From assembly GCA_964196055.1 (NCBI GenBank), contig CAXMSF010000090.1, forward strand, positions 1 through 54,285: DNA of 54,285 nt, read 5' to 3'. This document shows, piece by piece, positions 26,131 to 39,584 of this stretch (positions are counted from its first letter, which is position 1; each line of letters starts with the position of its first letter). The position numbers and the translations under genes were made by a program. The stretch is from an uncultured Gammaproteobacteria bacterium. GTDB lineage: Bacteria; Myxococcota_A; UBA9160; SMWR01. A model generated the notes under the pieces. That model had not been told where the DNA came from. It ran no database searches and worked only from the letters and a program-made list of their open reading frames with translations.

Positions 26131-27486
26131 TCAGCGACCGCCCTCGGGCGGTTTTCGGCCGCTTTTCGGTGCCTTGGCCCGACTGGAGCCCCGGCGTCGA
26201 TAGAACTCACGGGCCAGCGCGAGCGCCTCGTTTCGGTCCTTCACCCGACCGTCGAGGAACGCGGTCCGAATCCGAGCGAGTGCGCGGCCGATCGCCGGTC
26301 CCTCCAACCCGGCGGCGAGCAGATCGTCGCCGTTTACGGGGAGGCGCCGCGACCGGTCCTCACTGGCGTAGCGAACGATGCGCCGGCGCAACGCAGGAAC
26401 AACCGTCGCGTACAGGGACTGCAGATCCTCTTCGTCGAGCTGTCGCAACACGGCGTCCACCGCGCCCCTGCCGCGGGCGCGTTCGACCGCACGAATCCAG
26501 CTGTCGCGCGACCTCGCGAATGCTCCGATTCGCTTCGCAGTCTCGCCCCGCACCGACAATCGACGCAGGGTCCGCCGACGCAGGCTCGGCGTCACGGGGG
26601 CTAGCCACAACGCCAATCCGACCACCCAGGGACGCCAGCGAGCGCCACGCCACGGTGGGTCCGAAATCGCGCGACCGAGTCGGCGCAGCGGCACCACCGC
26701 CTCACGTTCGAGTGTGAGGCCCGGCTCGAGAGCCGCGAGTACATGCCACTCCGACAACAGTCGCAGCGCGCGAGAGGGATCGAGACCCAGTGCCGAATCG
26801 TCGAACAATTTGACGAATTCGCGCCGAAGACGATCGCCGCTGACGCGGCCGAATGCGCCGTCGCGCAGCGCGTCACGCAACCTCGAGCGGGAATCGCGGG
26901 ACAACGCAAATCCGAGTCGCGGAGCAAGTCGAGCGGCCCGTAACGCACGCGTCGGGTCGTCCTGGAAGCTGCGTGGGTGCAGCACTCGCAATCGATTCTG
27001 GGCCAGATCGGCCAAACCGTCGGCGAAATCAACGATCCCCGGATGTTCTGCCCGCGCCGAAAGCGAGAGCGGCAGTGCGAGCGCGTTGACGCTGAAGTCA
27101 CGACGCAGGAGGTCTTCTTCGAGCGTTCCCTCTTCCACCACCGGCAAGGCACCGACGTGTGGGTAGGTTTCGCGACGCGCCGTGGCGATATCGACCGCCG
27201 ATTCACCCTGCTTGATCACCACGGTTCCAAAGCGATCGTGGGCAACGACCTCGGCGCCTGGAAGCGCCGCCGCCCGAACGAGCTCCACGGCGCCGCGCTT
27301 CCTGTGAGGCAAAGCAAGCAGGTCGACGTCGCGAATCGGCCGATCGAGCAGGAAATCTCGCACCGGCCCGCCAACCATGAAGAGGGCGTGCCCGAACTTG
27401 TCCGCCTGCATCAACACCGCGCGCGCAATGGCAGCCGAGTCACCCTCCAGCCGGCTCAAGATTTCGTCCGGTTCGGGAGTCTTCAA
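26131..27486 (-). CDS. cca: tRNA nucleotidyltransferase (CCA/A-adding, class II)
   Basis: GGPVRD, DVD, DIATARRE, EDLLRRDFSVNA and DDPTR. Confidence 0.88.
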   Translation of the reverse strand: MKTPEPDEILSRLEGDSAAIARAVLMQADKFGHALFMVGGPVRDFLLDRPIRDVDLLALPHRKRGAVELVRAAALPGAEVVAHDRFGTVVIKQGESAVDIATARRETYPHVGALPVVEEGTLEEDLLRRDFSVNALALPLSLSARAEHPGIVDFADGLADLAQNRLRVLHPRSFQDDPTRALRAARLAPRLGFALSRDSRSRLRDALRDGAFGRVSGDRLRREFVKLFDDSALGLDPSRALRLLSEWHVLAALEPGLTLEREAVVPLRRLGRAISDPPWRGARWRPWVVGLALWLAPVTPSLRRRTLRRLSVRGETAKRIGAFARSRDSWIRAVERARGRGAVDAVLRQLDEEDLQSLYATVVPALRRRIVRYASEDRSRRLPVNGDDLLAAGLEGPAIGRALARIRTAFLDGRVKDRNEALALAREFYRRRGSSRAKAPKSGRKPPEGGR

Positions 27487-28430
27487 CGGGAACCCCGACG
27501 GCCCCTTCCGCCTCGCGGATGCTTCGATTCGATCGTCGAACGCAGTCGCTGTTGACTGACATGCGTGTAGATCTGCGTTGTCGACAGATCCGCGTGCCCC
27601 AGCATCGATTGCAGCGCGCGCAAATCCGCGCCGCCCTCGAGCAGATCGGTCGCGAAGGCGTGGCGCAGCACGTGCGGCGACACCTTCTCCGAGGGGATCC
27701 CCGCTGCGCGCGCGATTCCACGTAGGCGAATGAAGAAGTTCTGCCGACTCATCGCCGCACCTCGGCGCGACAGGAAGACCGCGTCGCTATCGCTTCGAGC
27801 CGCCTTTGCGAGAACGGGCCGGCCAAGAGCAAGATAATCGTCGAGCGCCGCCTGTGCGGGCTCGCCGATCGGCACGATGCGCTCTTTGCTTCCCTTCCCG
27901 AAGACCCGCAGCACGCCCGACCTACCGTCGTAGCCGCCGAGCGAGAGCGAGACCAGTTCACTCACCCTCAGCCCAGCACCGTAGAGCACCTCGAGCATGG
28001 CGCAATCGCGGAGCCCCAGCGGAGTCGAACGGTCGACGGAATCGATCAACGCGAGGGTCTCGTCCGGGCGCAGCACCCTCGGAAGCGGACGATCGAAACG
28101 CGGGTGCACTACGGCATTGGAAGGATCCGCATCGAGCGCACCCAACGCTCCGAGGTGACGCAGCCAGCGGCGCGTTGCGACCATCGTGCGTGCCCGGCTG
28201 CGCGCGCCGAGGCCGTCCGACTCGAGCATCACGGCAAAGCCCGCCATATGCTCGGGTCGGATATCCTCCACACGACGCACACCGACACCACCCAGAAATC
28301 GCGTAAATCGTGCCAAGTCGCGCCCATAAGCCTCGATGGTCCTCGGCGACAGGCCGCGTTCGACCGATGCATGGTCGAGGAACACGGCAACCGCTCCGGC
28401 CATCGGGGACGAATCAGCGCCCGACACCAT
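27483..28430 (-). CDS. xerD: Tyrosine recombinase XerD
   Basis: RDCAMLEVLYGAGLRVSEL, GKGSKER, SPHVLRHAFAT and LGHADLSTTQIYTH. Confidence 0.92.
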   Translation of the reverse strand: MVSGADSSPMAGAVAVFLDHASVERGLSPRTIEAYGRDLARFTRFLGGVGVRRVEDIRPEHMAGFAVMLESDGLGARSRARTMVATRRWLRHLGALGALDADPSNAVVHPRFDRPLPRVLRPDETLALIDSVDRSTPLGLRDCAMLEVLYGAGLRVSELVSLSLGGYDGRSGVLRVFGKGSKERIVPIGEPAQAALDDYLALGRPVLAKAARSDSDAVFLSRRGAAMSRQNFFIRLRGIARAAGIPSEKVSPHVLRHAFATDLLEGGADLRALQSMLGHADLSTTQIYTHVSQQRLRSTIESKHPRGGRGRRGSR

Positions 28431-31140
28431 CGACCCCGCCGTCTTCCGCCGCGGCCTCGAGTGCGACACGCAGCGATTCGATCTCGCCTGCATCCAAGAT
28501 CTTCTTACCGTCCGCAGACTTGAGATAGAAGGTGTCCTGCACCTGGTCGAGCACTGTGCCGGCCTTCGAGATGAAGATCTGATGCCCCTCGCGCGCAACG
28601 GCATCCGTGAGTGCGTGCAGCAATCCGATACGGTCGTTCGCCCGGATGTCCGCGATCGTGTAGAAATCCGATTCGTCGTTCGTGATGCGCACCTTCGCGG
28701 ATGTGGACTGCACCGGCGTAGCCGCGCCACCGATCCGACGCCCGCGCCGTTGCGTCAATTCTGCGACATCGACCTGGCCTCTCAGCACGGCCTCGAGCGA
28801 TTGCTCGAATTCACGCCAGGCCAGCCGCCGCTCGGCATCGCCACCATTCGGCGTGGTGACGCGATAGACCTCGAGGGCGAGACCCGAGCGTGCTGTATAG
28901 ACGTAGGCGCCCAGAATATTCAGGTTATGGGCGGTCAATACGCCCGCGACCTGGGCGTAGAGGCCATGCACGTCCTCCGTACACAGGATCAACTCCGAAA
29001 AATTCCCCCGCATTTCGCGTACCGCAGTCGCCATGACTGCGTCCGGTTCGAAGCTCATGACGACTTCCGCGTGCCGCGCGATTTGTCGGGGCGCATGCGC
29101 GATGAAGTAGCGGCGCGGCATCATGTCGAAGTACTCCTGTACGCGAGCCTCCTCCACGCCCATGCCACTGAGTTCCGCCGCGGCGGCGGTGCGCCGAGTT
29201 TCCACCCGACTCTCGATCAACTCGACCGCCGTGCTCTCCTTCTGAGAACCCGTTTCGAGAAACTCCGATGTCCGCTCGAAGAGTTCCCGTAGCAGCTGTC
29301 CTTTCCAATCGGTCCACGCGCTGGCCGACGAGGCGCGGATGTCCGCGAACGTCAGCAAATAGAGATCACGCAGGTTCCGGCGGTCACCGACGGTCTGCGC
29401 AAATTCGAAGATCAACCGCGGGTCCGTCAGGTCTCGGCTCTGGGCAAGATGAGACATCAGCAGGTGCTGCTCGACCAGGAACACGACCCGCTCGACTCGC
29501 TCGGCTGACAGTCCCAATCGCTCCACACAGGCGCGGGCGCGCAGGGCTCCCTTCACGGAATGGTCGCCACCGAGTCCCTTGCCGATGTCGTGAAGCATGC
29601 ATGCGAGAAACAGCACCGGCCGATCGTCGGTATTCCTGATCATGTCGGTCAACTCCGGCACCTCCGTCTGATGCTGCCCCTTGCCCAGTCGGCGCAGTTG
29701 CTCGACCAGGAAGATGGTATGAACGTCGACCGTATACGTGTGATACATCACGTGCTGCCAGCGACAGACGATGTGCTCCCACTCAGGCAGAAAAGCCGCG
29801 AGCACCCCCTCTTCGTTCATCACCATGAGCGTACGCATCACGCGGTTCTCTGCGTCCAGAATCCCGAGGAACGTTTCCTGCGCCACGGGATCTTCGCGGA
29901 AGGAATCGTCGATCGCATGAAGGTTCTCGCGGATCAGGCGCCTGGCTTTTCTCGTCAACGGGACGTCATGCGACTGCGCGACCGAGAACGCCTTCAGCAG
30001 GCCGATCGGATCGTCGCGCAGCATCCGCCCGTGCGGGATCTCGAGTTGCCCATCTGCGATCCGAAAGCCGTGCTCGACCTCTTTCACGTGCCGTCTACGC
30101 GGCATCTTCCGCACACGCGCGCGGCACTGCTCGATTACCAGCTGCGAGTACGTCCTGATCGCTCGTGCGCGGCGGTAGTAATCGCGCATCAAGCACTCGA
30201 CCGGAAGCTCGCCGGATTCGGAGTTCGCGTATCCGAGGGAAACCGCCATCTTTTCCTGGATATCGAAGCTCAACTGATCGTTCTTACGGCCGGCCATGAG
30301 ATGCAGTTCGTTACGGATTCGCCACATGAAATCCAGCGCCGCATGCAGATCAGACAGCTCGTCTTCGGTCAACAATCCCAGGTGCAAGAACTCTTCGATG
30401 CGCCGTGCACTCGGCTGGATGCTTTGCATGACCCAGTAGGCCGTGTGGTAGTCGCGTAGCGCACCCGCGCCCTCCTTCACGTTCGGTTGCAGCAGGTAGA
30501 GCGACTCACCGTAATCCACGTGCCGGACATCGGTGCCCATGATCTGCTGCTCGATGAAGGCCTCGGGGCTACCGAGGTGAGCCAGCCGTTGATCGCCGAA
30601 TTCGTGGTAGAGAATCCCGCTCCCTGCAAGAAGACGCGGATTCAGGATCGCGGTCTTGACCGTCACGTCCTCTCGCGCGAGTCGAATTGTCTCGCCGATG
30701 GTCCGGGTCGCGCAACCAACCTGAAGCTGTGCGTCCCACATCCAGTACTGCAGTCGCTCCGTCACGGTTTGCACGAACGGGGTCATGGGTTCACGGTGAA
30801 GGAACAGCAGGTCGACGTCGGAGTAGAGGCTCATCTCGCGGCGTGCGTATCCACCGACTGCGACGATGGACAGCTCGGACTGCGCCTCGCCGCCGCCCGC
30901 GAAGAAACTTTCCTCGGCGAACCAGAACAACCGGCGAACCAACCGATCGACCAGATTCGAGTGCAGCTCGTTCACCTCGCGTCCCGAGCCTCCGGCATGG
31001 TGCAACTCCGCGAGATAGGTGCGGCTCGCCTCGAGAAAAGCGCGCACCATCTCGACGACCTTCTGGTCATCGACACGCGCTGCCGTGCTGCCGTCGGCGA
31101 GTTCGGCAAAGTAGTCTGCAACAGCGGGAACGCCGCTCAC
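28414..31140 (-). CDS. glnD: [Protein-PII] uridylyltransferase
   Basis: GGYARREM..SDVDL, PNVKEGAGALRD, HTYTVDVH, LHDIGKG and two ACT domains. Confidence 0.96.
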   Translation of the reverse strand: MSGVPAVADYFAELADGSTAARVDDQKVVEMVRAFLEASRTYLAELHHAGGSGREVNELHSNLVDRLVRRLFWFAEESFFAGGGEAQSELSIVAVGGYARREMSLYSDVDLLFLHREPMTPFVQTVTERLQYWMWDAQLQVGCATRTIGETIRLAREDVTVKTAILNPRLLAGSGILYHEFGDQRLAHLGSPEAFIEQQIMGTDVRHVDYGESLYLLQPNVKEGAGALRDYHTAYWVMQSIQPSARRIEEFLHLGLLTEDELSDLHAALDFMWRIRNELHLMAGRKNDQLSFDIQEKMAVSLGYANSESGELPVECLMRDYYRRARAIRTYSQLVIEQCRARVRKMPRRRHVKEVEHGFRIADGQLEIPHGRMLRDDPIGLLKAFSVAQSHDVPLTRKARRLIRENLHAIDDSFREDPVAQETFLGILDAENRVMRTLMVMNEEGVLAAFLPEWEHIVCRWQHVMYHTYTVDVHTIFLVEQLRRLGKGQHQTEVPELTDMIRNTDDRPVLFLACMLHDIGKGLGGDHSVKGALRARACVERLGLSAERVERVVFLVEQHLLMSHLAQSRDLTDPRLIFEFAQTVGDRRNLRDLYLLTFADIRASSASAWTDWKGQLLRELFERTSEFLETGSQKESTAVELIESRVETRRTAAAAELSGMGVEEARVQEYFDMMPRRYFIAHAPRQIARHAEVVMSFEPDAVMATAVREMRGNFSELILCTEDVHGLYAQVAGVLTAHNLNILGAYVYTARSGLALEVYRVTTPNGGDAERRLAWREFEQSLEAVLRGQVDVAELTQRRGRRIGGAATPVQSTSAKVRITNDESDFYTIADIRANDRIGLLHALTDAVAREGHQIFISKAGTVLDQVQDTFYLKSADGKKILDAGEIESLRVALEAAAEDGGVDGVGR

Positions 31141-32293
31141 GACGGACCTCGCCGCGCCACACGCTCACCGCTGTCGCGGTAGCGAGCGACACCTTTCGCA
31201 ATCCGATCTGCAAGCGCTTCCAGGTAGGCATCACTGCGCAACCGCTTGGCTTCCGTCTTGTTCGTGATGAAACCCGCCTCCACCAGGATCGCGGGAGTAT
31301 CCGAAAGAAAGAGCACGTAGAAAGGGCCCTTCTTCACGCCGAGATCCTTGACGCGATAACGGTAGGGAAGCCCACCGACGAGTTCGGCCTGCACCAGGTC
31401 TGCAAGGTGGCGGGAATAGCCCGAGAGTTCGGAGACGCGCAGCTTCGCGAGCGTCTTCTGGAGATCGTTCACCTGGTCGCGCGAGACGCCGTTCTCGCGA
31501 GCCGCCACCGTCAGACTGTGTCGCTCGTGATTCTTGTCGAGGTAATAGGTCTCGATACCGTTCACGGAGCGACGTGGCGCGGAGTTCGCGTGGATCGAAA
31601 CGAATAGGTCTGCACGCGCGGCCTCGGCAATTGCCGTGCGCTCTTCGAGCTCCATCGTCCGATCGGACTTTCGGGTGAACAGCACTTCGAAGCCGAGAAG
31701 CTCGAGCTTCGACCCGAGGGACTTCGCCAGCTTGAGGGTCACATCCTTCTCGCGCACGCTGTAGAGACCCAGTGCCCCGGGATCGCGCCCCCCGTGACCC
31801 GGGTCGATCACGACGGTCTTCGTCGATCGTCGGTCGGCCGGCAACCGACGAGTCGGCGCGTCGCGCCCCGCCGACGAGCGCCGACCGTAGACATCGATCA
31901 CCACGCGGTGCGGATTCGGGAGTGTGAACATCCGGTGGCGCTCGTAGTTCTGGAGATCCAACACCACCCGGGTGGTTGTGAGCGTGTTCTGGCCGATCCG
32001 CACTCGTTGCAGCAAACCATCGCCGAGCTTGATTCCCTCGTTGTATTTTTTCCCGACCCAGAGCCCGCCGAGGTCGACGTACAGCCGCTCAGGCCGATTC
32101 GCGCGCTGGTTGGGGCCGAGTCGGTGAAGTTCCGACTTCAGCTTCACGGGTCGTGTCGTCTCGACGACGATGCGCGTGTAATCCGGGTACGACCAGTGGC
32201 GCACCTCGACCACATCTCCGAGGCCGCGGGGGCGTTCGACTCCGAGCAAGATCAGCACGATCAACAGCCCGCCGAGCAGGCCGGCCGCGCGTC

Positions 32294-32297
<4 letters not shown>
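31137..32297 (-). CDS. N-acetylmuramoyl-L-alanine amidase (AMIN + Amidase_3)
   Basis: IDPGHGGRDPGA, EKDVTL, SIHANS and ILVEAGF; GTG overlaps the mutS stop. Confidence 0.93.
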
Positions 32298-34980
<2,683 letters not shown>

Positions 34981-34984
<4 letters not shown>

Positions 34985-36012
34985 CCGAGGTCCTTGGCGG
35001 ACGCGAGCAGGCCGCGTTGATCGAGGGCGTCGAGCACTTCACCAAGCAGGCGCGCGGCCTCGGCTTCGCGCCCCTCGGCCAACAGAATGCGACCAAGTGC
35101 CGCGGTCGCCTCGAGATCGCCCGAGTCGCTCTCGATGATCCGTCTCAGCTCGGAGATGCCGTCGTCGATCTCCCCGCGTGCCGCAAGCGCGCGTGCCAGT
35201 GCAAGGCGTGCAGCCGAATCGTCGGGCCGCCCATCGAGGAAGGTCCTCAGCAGCTTCTCGAATTCCCGCCCGTTGCCAAGCGCGGCGTACGCGGTTTCCA
35301 ACTTTGGGTACACCTGCTCCCCGCTCGCGGGGTCGACCTCCGGCACGCGCGCCCACGCCGCGAGCGCAGCCTTGGTTCGGCCACGCTCCGCCTCGAGGTC
35401 TCCCAACTCGATCCACGCACGAACGAGGCCACGGTTCTTGCGGGTCGCACGCTTGACCGCCTTGCGGGCGTCGTCATTGCGCCCCTCGCGGTGCGCGGCA
35501 ACCGCCATGTCGACATAGAGTTCGGCCTCGCGATGGCCGCTCTTGTCACCTTCCAAACGCGAGAGGCGGCGTGCCACCTCGAGTGCACGCCCGAATTCGC
35601 GAACATCTGCGAGCAGGCGGAACAGTGCCCGCATTGCGACCAGATGCTTGGGATCGCGGCTCAAGACCTCTTCGTAGCTGGCGATCGCACGGCGCAGAAA
35701 TCCGCCCTGGCGAAAGTCCGCGCCGAGGTCGACCAGGACCTCGACCCGTTGAGCGACTTTCAGATCAGAACGCAACAACAGGTTCTGGTGGATTCGGATC
35801 GCACGACCGATCTCGCCGCGCATCCTGAACAGTCGCCCGAGAGCAAGAAACGACTCGATGCCGCTCGAATCGATCCGAACGGCCTCCGCCAGCAAAGCCT
35901 CGGCGCGATCGAGATCGCGATCGAGCGTCGCCAGAAGCGCCGAACGCAGGATCGCGTCGACGTCTTTCATCGCGTGCGTTACCCCCTTGAACGCTCGCGC
36001 AAAGCGTCGCAT
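34981..36012 (-). CDS. lapB: LPS assembly protein B-like TPR protein
   Basis: LFRMRGEIGRAIRIHQNL signature and TPRs; follows lapA; start 36012 or 35970. Confidence 0.8.
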
Positions 36013-36016
36013 ACGA

Positions 36017-36394
36017 CTACGCGCCTCGCCCGAGGGCGCGTTTGGGCGCGGGCGACACGCCATCAGCGACCGCAGGTTTCGAACGAGCCGACTCGTCGTC
36101 GGCGAGCGGCAGGTTCCGAAGCTGGTGGATCTCGGCTTCGAGATCGCGAATCATCTTGCGATAACGACGTGCCACCAGGCCCTGTCGAGTCGCCCGGAGC
36201 ATGGCGACGGATCCGGTCAACACCACCCCCAAGCCGAACACCGCGAGCAGCGCCGCCCAGAGCGTGACCTCGAAACCCGGTATGAAGGGGAGCTGAATCG
36301 TCACGGTACTGGAATGCTCGGCCGCGAAGTTCCAGCCCAACAGCAGGACCGCGACAAAGAGCGCGACACCCAATAGTCTGCGCACGACCTGCAT
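36017..36394 (-). CDS. lapA: LPS assembly protein A family
   Basis: Two TM helices plus coiled coil (LEAEIHQLRNLP); lies between ihfB and lapB. Confidence 0.82.
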   Translation of the reverse strand: MQVVRRLLGVALFVAVLLLGWNFAAEHSSTVTIQLPFIPGFEVTLWAALLAVFGLGVVLTGSVAMLRATRQGLVARRYRKMIRDLEAEIHQLRNLPLADDESARSKPAVADGVSPAPKRALGRGA

Positions 36395-36423
36395 GGTTTC
36401 CTCCGACCAGTACCCGGCAGGGG

Positions 36424-36750
36424 TCAGCTGGAGACATCACCGAAGTTCGAGCCTTCGACCGCCTCGAGCGGAACCCTATCCACCATTTCCTTCAGCTCTT
36501 TACCGACTTTGAAGAACGGTGTCCGCTTCGCCGAAATGTGCACGGGCTCCCCGGTCTTCGGGTTCCGGCCCTCGCGCGCCTCACGAATCTTCACTTGGAA
36601 GCTCCCGAAGCCTCGAATCTCGATTCGGTGCCCCCCTCGCAGCGCTTCGGCCATCGATTCGAAGATCGTATTGACGACGATCTCCGTATCCTTCTTCGAA
36701 ATGTGCGGCGTACGGTCCGCGACGGCTTCGATCAACCCGCTCTTCGTCAT
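36424..36750 (-). CDS. ihfB: Integration host factor beta subunit
   Basis: MTKSGLI, RIEIRGFGSF, GRNPKTGE and PFFKVGKELKE. Confidence 0.95.
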   Translation of the reverse strand: MTKSGLIEAVADRTPHISKKDTEIVVNTIFESMAEALRGGHRIEIRGFGSFQVKIREAREGRNPKTGEPVHISAKRTPFFKVGKELKEMVDRVPLEAVEGSNFGDVSS

Positions 36751-36863
36751 CGTTCTCCCCCCAACAGCGCCCCCGAATTCACAGAACTCGGCAGCTGGTC
36801 TTCAGTCTAGCGGGCCGCCTTTCCAGTGCGGCCCCGATTCGATTTCCGGTCGTCCGGCCAGTC

Positions 36864-36888
36864 GGGCCCGGGGCATTGCCCCGGGCCC
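36864..36888. other. GC-rich stem-loop between rpsA and ihfB
   Basis: gggcccggggc-att-gccccgggccc, a perfect 11-bp stem with no U-tract. Confidence 0.55.
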
Positions 36889-36902
36889 CACCACAAGCCG
36901 CA

Positions 36903-38621
36903 CTACTCGTTTTCAGCCTCGCCTTCCGCCTTCTCGGCGAGCTTCGAAGCCAGCAGGTCACCCAGCGTGGTCGTCTGCGTCGCAGACTGCTGGCTGGCCA
37001 GCTTCTGGAGCGTCTGTCGCTGTTCGCGATCGGTCAGAGCGCGGATCGACAGAGAGATCTTCTGCTCGACCGGGTCGACCTTCGTGATCAGCGCGGTGAC
37101 CGCATCGCCGACGTTGGCCACGTCCTCGGGTTTCTCCACCCGTTCCGTGGACAGCTCCGAGCTGTAGATCAGCCCTTCGATGCCCTCCTCGAGCTTCACG
37201 AATGCACCGAACTCGGCGACCTTCGTAATCTCGCCGGAGACCTCCTCGCCCACGGGATACTTCTTCAGAATCTCTTCCCACGGGTTGGCTTCGAGCTGCT
37301 TGATCCCCAGTGAGAACTTCTCGTTCTCCTTGTCGATCTTCAGCACGACCGCCTCGACATTGTCACCCTTCTTGTACTTTTCGCTCGGATGCTTGATCTG
37401 CTCCGTCCACGAGATATCGGAGACGTGCACCAGTCCAGCGATGCCCTCCTCCAGACCGACGAAGATCCCGAAGTTGGTGATGTTGCGAATCGTGCCCGCC
37501 ACCTGAGTGTTGATCGGGTACTTCTGCTCGATGACGCTCCACGGGTTCGGCTCGATCTGCTTCATGCCGAGCGAAATCTTTCGCTCTCGCTCACTGACGT
37601 CGAGCACGACCGCCTCGACCGTATCTCCCACCGAAACCACCTTCGAAGGATGCTTGATCCGCTTCGTCCAGGAGATCTCCGAGACGTGAATCAGGCCTTC
37701 GATGCCCGGCTCGAGTTCAACGAACGCTCCGTACTCGGCGAGTGACACGACCTTGCCCTCGATGCGCTTGCCGATCGGATACCGCATCGATGCATCGATC
37801 CAGGGATCCGGCTGAATCTGCTTCAGGCCGAGCGAAACTCGCTCGGTCTCGGCGTCGAACTTCAGCACCTTGATCTTGATTTCGTCACCCACATGGAAGA
37901 GTTCACTCGGGTGATTCACTCGCCCCCACGACATGTCGGTCACGTGCAGCAGACCGTCGATCCCGCCGAGGTCGATGAACGCGCCGTAGTCCGTGAGGTT
38001 CTTGATCACACCATCGACGATCATCCCCGCCGCGAGCGTCTCGAGCGTGGACTCTCGCATTCGCTTGCGCTCGGTCTCGAGCAGCGCACGGCGCGACAGA
38101 ACGATGTTGCCGCGGCGCTTGTTGAATTTGATGATCTTGAATTGAAGTTTTTGATTGACGATGTTTTCGAGATTCCGGACGGGCCTCAAATCGACCTGCG
38201 AACCAGGCAGAAATGCCTTGACGCCGATGTCGACCGCGAGGCCGCCCTTGACGCGCGCCACGACGGTGCCCTCGACCGGCTCGTCGGCCTTGTAGGCACG
38301 GCTGATTTCATCCCAGATCTTCAGGCGATCGGCCTTCTCCTTGGAAAGCACGATGCGCCCGTTGGCGTCTTCCGCTTCCTCTAGAAGAACATCGACTTCG
38401 TCGCCGGGACCAACGAGAATCGTGCCGTCATCGTCCATGAATTCCCAGCTGGCGACCAGGCCTTCCGACTTGAACCCGATGTCGATCTGAACGAAGTCGC
38501 TATCGACGGACAAAACCTTGCCGTGAACGACCTCGCCTTCCTTTAGTGATTTGAGGGAATTTTCGTAGAGTTCGGCAAAGCTTTCGCCTGAACCTTCTGT
38601 TGTGGTTTGCGTTTCACTCAT
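36903..38621 (-). CDS. rpsA: 30S ribosomal protein S1
   Basis: Six S1 repeats, AFLPGSQVD and DGLLHVTDMSWGRVNHPSE. Confidence 0.98.
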   Translation of the reverse strand: MSETQTTTEGSGESFAELYENSLKSLKEGEVVHGKVLSVDSDFVQIDIGFKSEGLVASWEFMDDDGTILVGPGDEVDVLLEEAEDANGRIVLSKEKADRLKIWDEISRAYKADEPVEGTVVARVKGGLAVDIGVKAFLPGSQVDLRPVRNLENIVNQKLQFKIIKFNKRRGNIVLSRRALLETERKRMRESTLETLAAGMIVDGVIKNLTDYGAFIDLGGIDGLLHVTDMSWGRVNHPSELFHVGDEIKIKVLKFDAETERVSLGLKQIQPDPWIDASMRYPIGKRIEGKVVSLAEYGAFVELEPGIEGLIHVSEISWTKRIKHPSKVVSVGDTVEAVVLDVSERERKISLGMKQIEPNPWSVIEQKYPINTQVAGTIRNITNFGIFVGLEEGIAGLVHVSDISWTEQIKHPSEKYKKGDNVEAVVLKIDKENEKFSLGIKQLEANPWEEILKKYPVGEEVSGEITKVAEFGAFVKLEEGIEGLIYSSELSTERVEKPEDVANVGDAVTALITKVDPVEQKISLSIRALTDREQRQTLQKLASQQSATQTTTLGDLLASKLAEKAEGEAENE

Positions 38622-38678
38622 GAGTTATTGGTGGTTTCCTGCCCGATCTACACCACTCGGCGCAACCAGGATTGGTGC

Positions 38679-39584
38679 CTATTGTTCTACCGCCGCCGGA
38701 TGACTTTCACCCGGGGCCTCTTGCTCGCTTCGTTCGCTGCTCGAAAAGCGCGACAACGTTTCACGTGCCGCATTGATCTTTCGCTCGAGGGCTTCCGCGT
38801 CGTTCGCTTCGATCGCACGCGCGATTCCGGATAGTACACCTGCTGCGGCCTGGAGCGGCGCTGCCAACGCCTTGCGGTTCTCGGTAAGGATCTCGCCCCA
38901 CATCTCGGGCTCACTGAGCGCGATCCGTGTGAAATCCCGAAATCCGGAACCCGCCAGTTCGCACGCATCGGCTGGTGCGCGCTCGAGGGCTTCCGCAAAC
39001 GCGTAGGCGAGTACGTGCGGGAGGTGACTCACCCAGGCCACCTCGCGATCATGCTCGGCTGCGTCGCGAACGAAGACACGCGCGCCGAGAGCGCTCCAGA
39101 AGTCGCACAGCCTGCCTTGCTCGGGTGAAGTTCCGCTTTCGGTGATGACGCACGGCGCACCGTCGAAGAGGTCTTCGCGGCTCTGTTCGAAACCGCGTTC
39201 ATGGCTGCCTGCCATCGGGTGCGAGCCGATGTATCGAACGCCCGGCGGCAGCAGCCCCGGGAGAGTTTCGTGCAGAACCGCCTTTACACTGCCGACGTCG
39301 GTCACCGTCGCGCCGGAAGCGAGGGCCGGAGCGACAGCACGGATCGTTTCCGCCATCGCGGAGACAGGAGTCGCCAACACCACGAGCTCGGCATCCCGAA
39401 CCGCCTCCTCGCGCGAAGCCACGGCATCGACCGCGCCCTCGGCCAGTGCGCGATCGAGGGCGCTACGCCGCCGCGTGGCTCCGATCACGACCCGAGCGAC
39501 GCCACGCGCGCGTGCAGCACGTGCCACCGAGCCGCCGAGCAGACCGAGCCCGATCACCGCGATGCGCTCGTACACGGGCGTCAC
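38679..39584 (-). CDS. tyrA: Prephenate/arogenate dehydrogenase
   Basis: GLGLLGGS, TDVGSVK, HPMAGS, SHLPH and GFRDFTRIA. Confidence 0.95.
   Translation of the reverse strand: MTPVYERIAVIGLGLLGGSVARAARARGVARVVIGATRRRSALDRALAEGAVDAVASREEAVRDAELVVLATPVSAMAETIRAVAPALASGATVTDVGSVKAVLHETLPGLLPPGVRYIGSHPMAGSHERGFEQSREDLFDGAPCVITESGTSPEQGRLCDFWSALGARVFVRDAAEHDREVAWVSHLPHVLAYAFAEALERAPADACELAGSGFRDFTRIALSEPEMWGEILTENRKALAAPLQAAAGVLSGIARAIEANDAEALERKINAARETLSRFSSSERSEQEAPGESHPAAVEQ

Noticed and set aside
27483-28430. Tyrosine recombinase as a phage or island integrase
   Set aside because: XerD-type motifs, embedded in a housekeeping operon, with no att sites or mobile genes nearby
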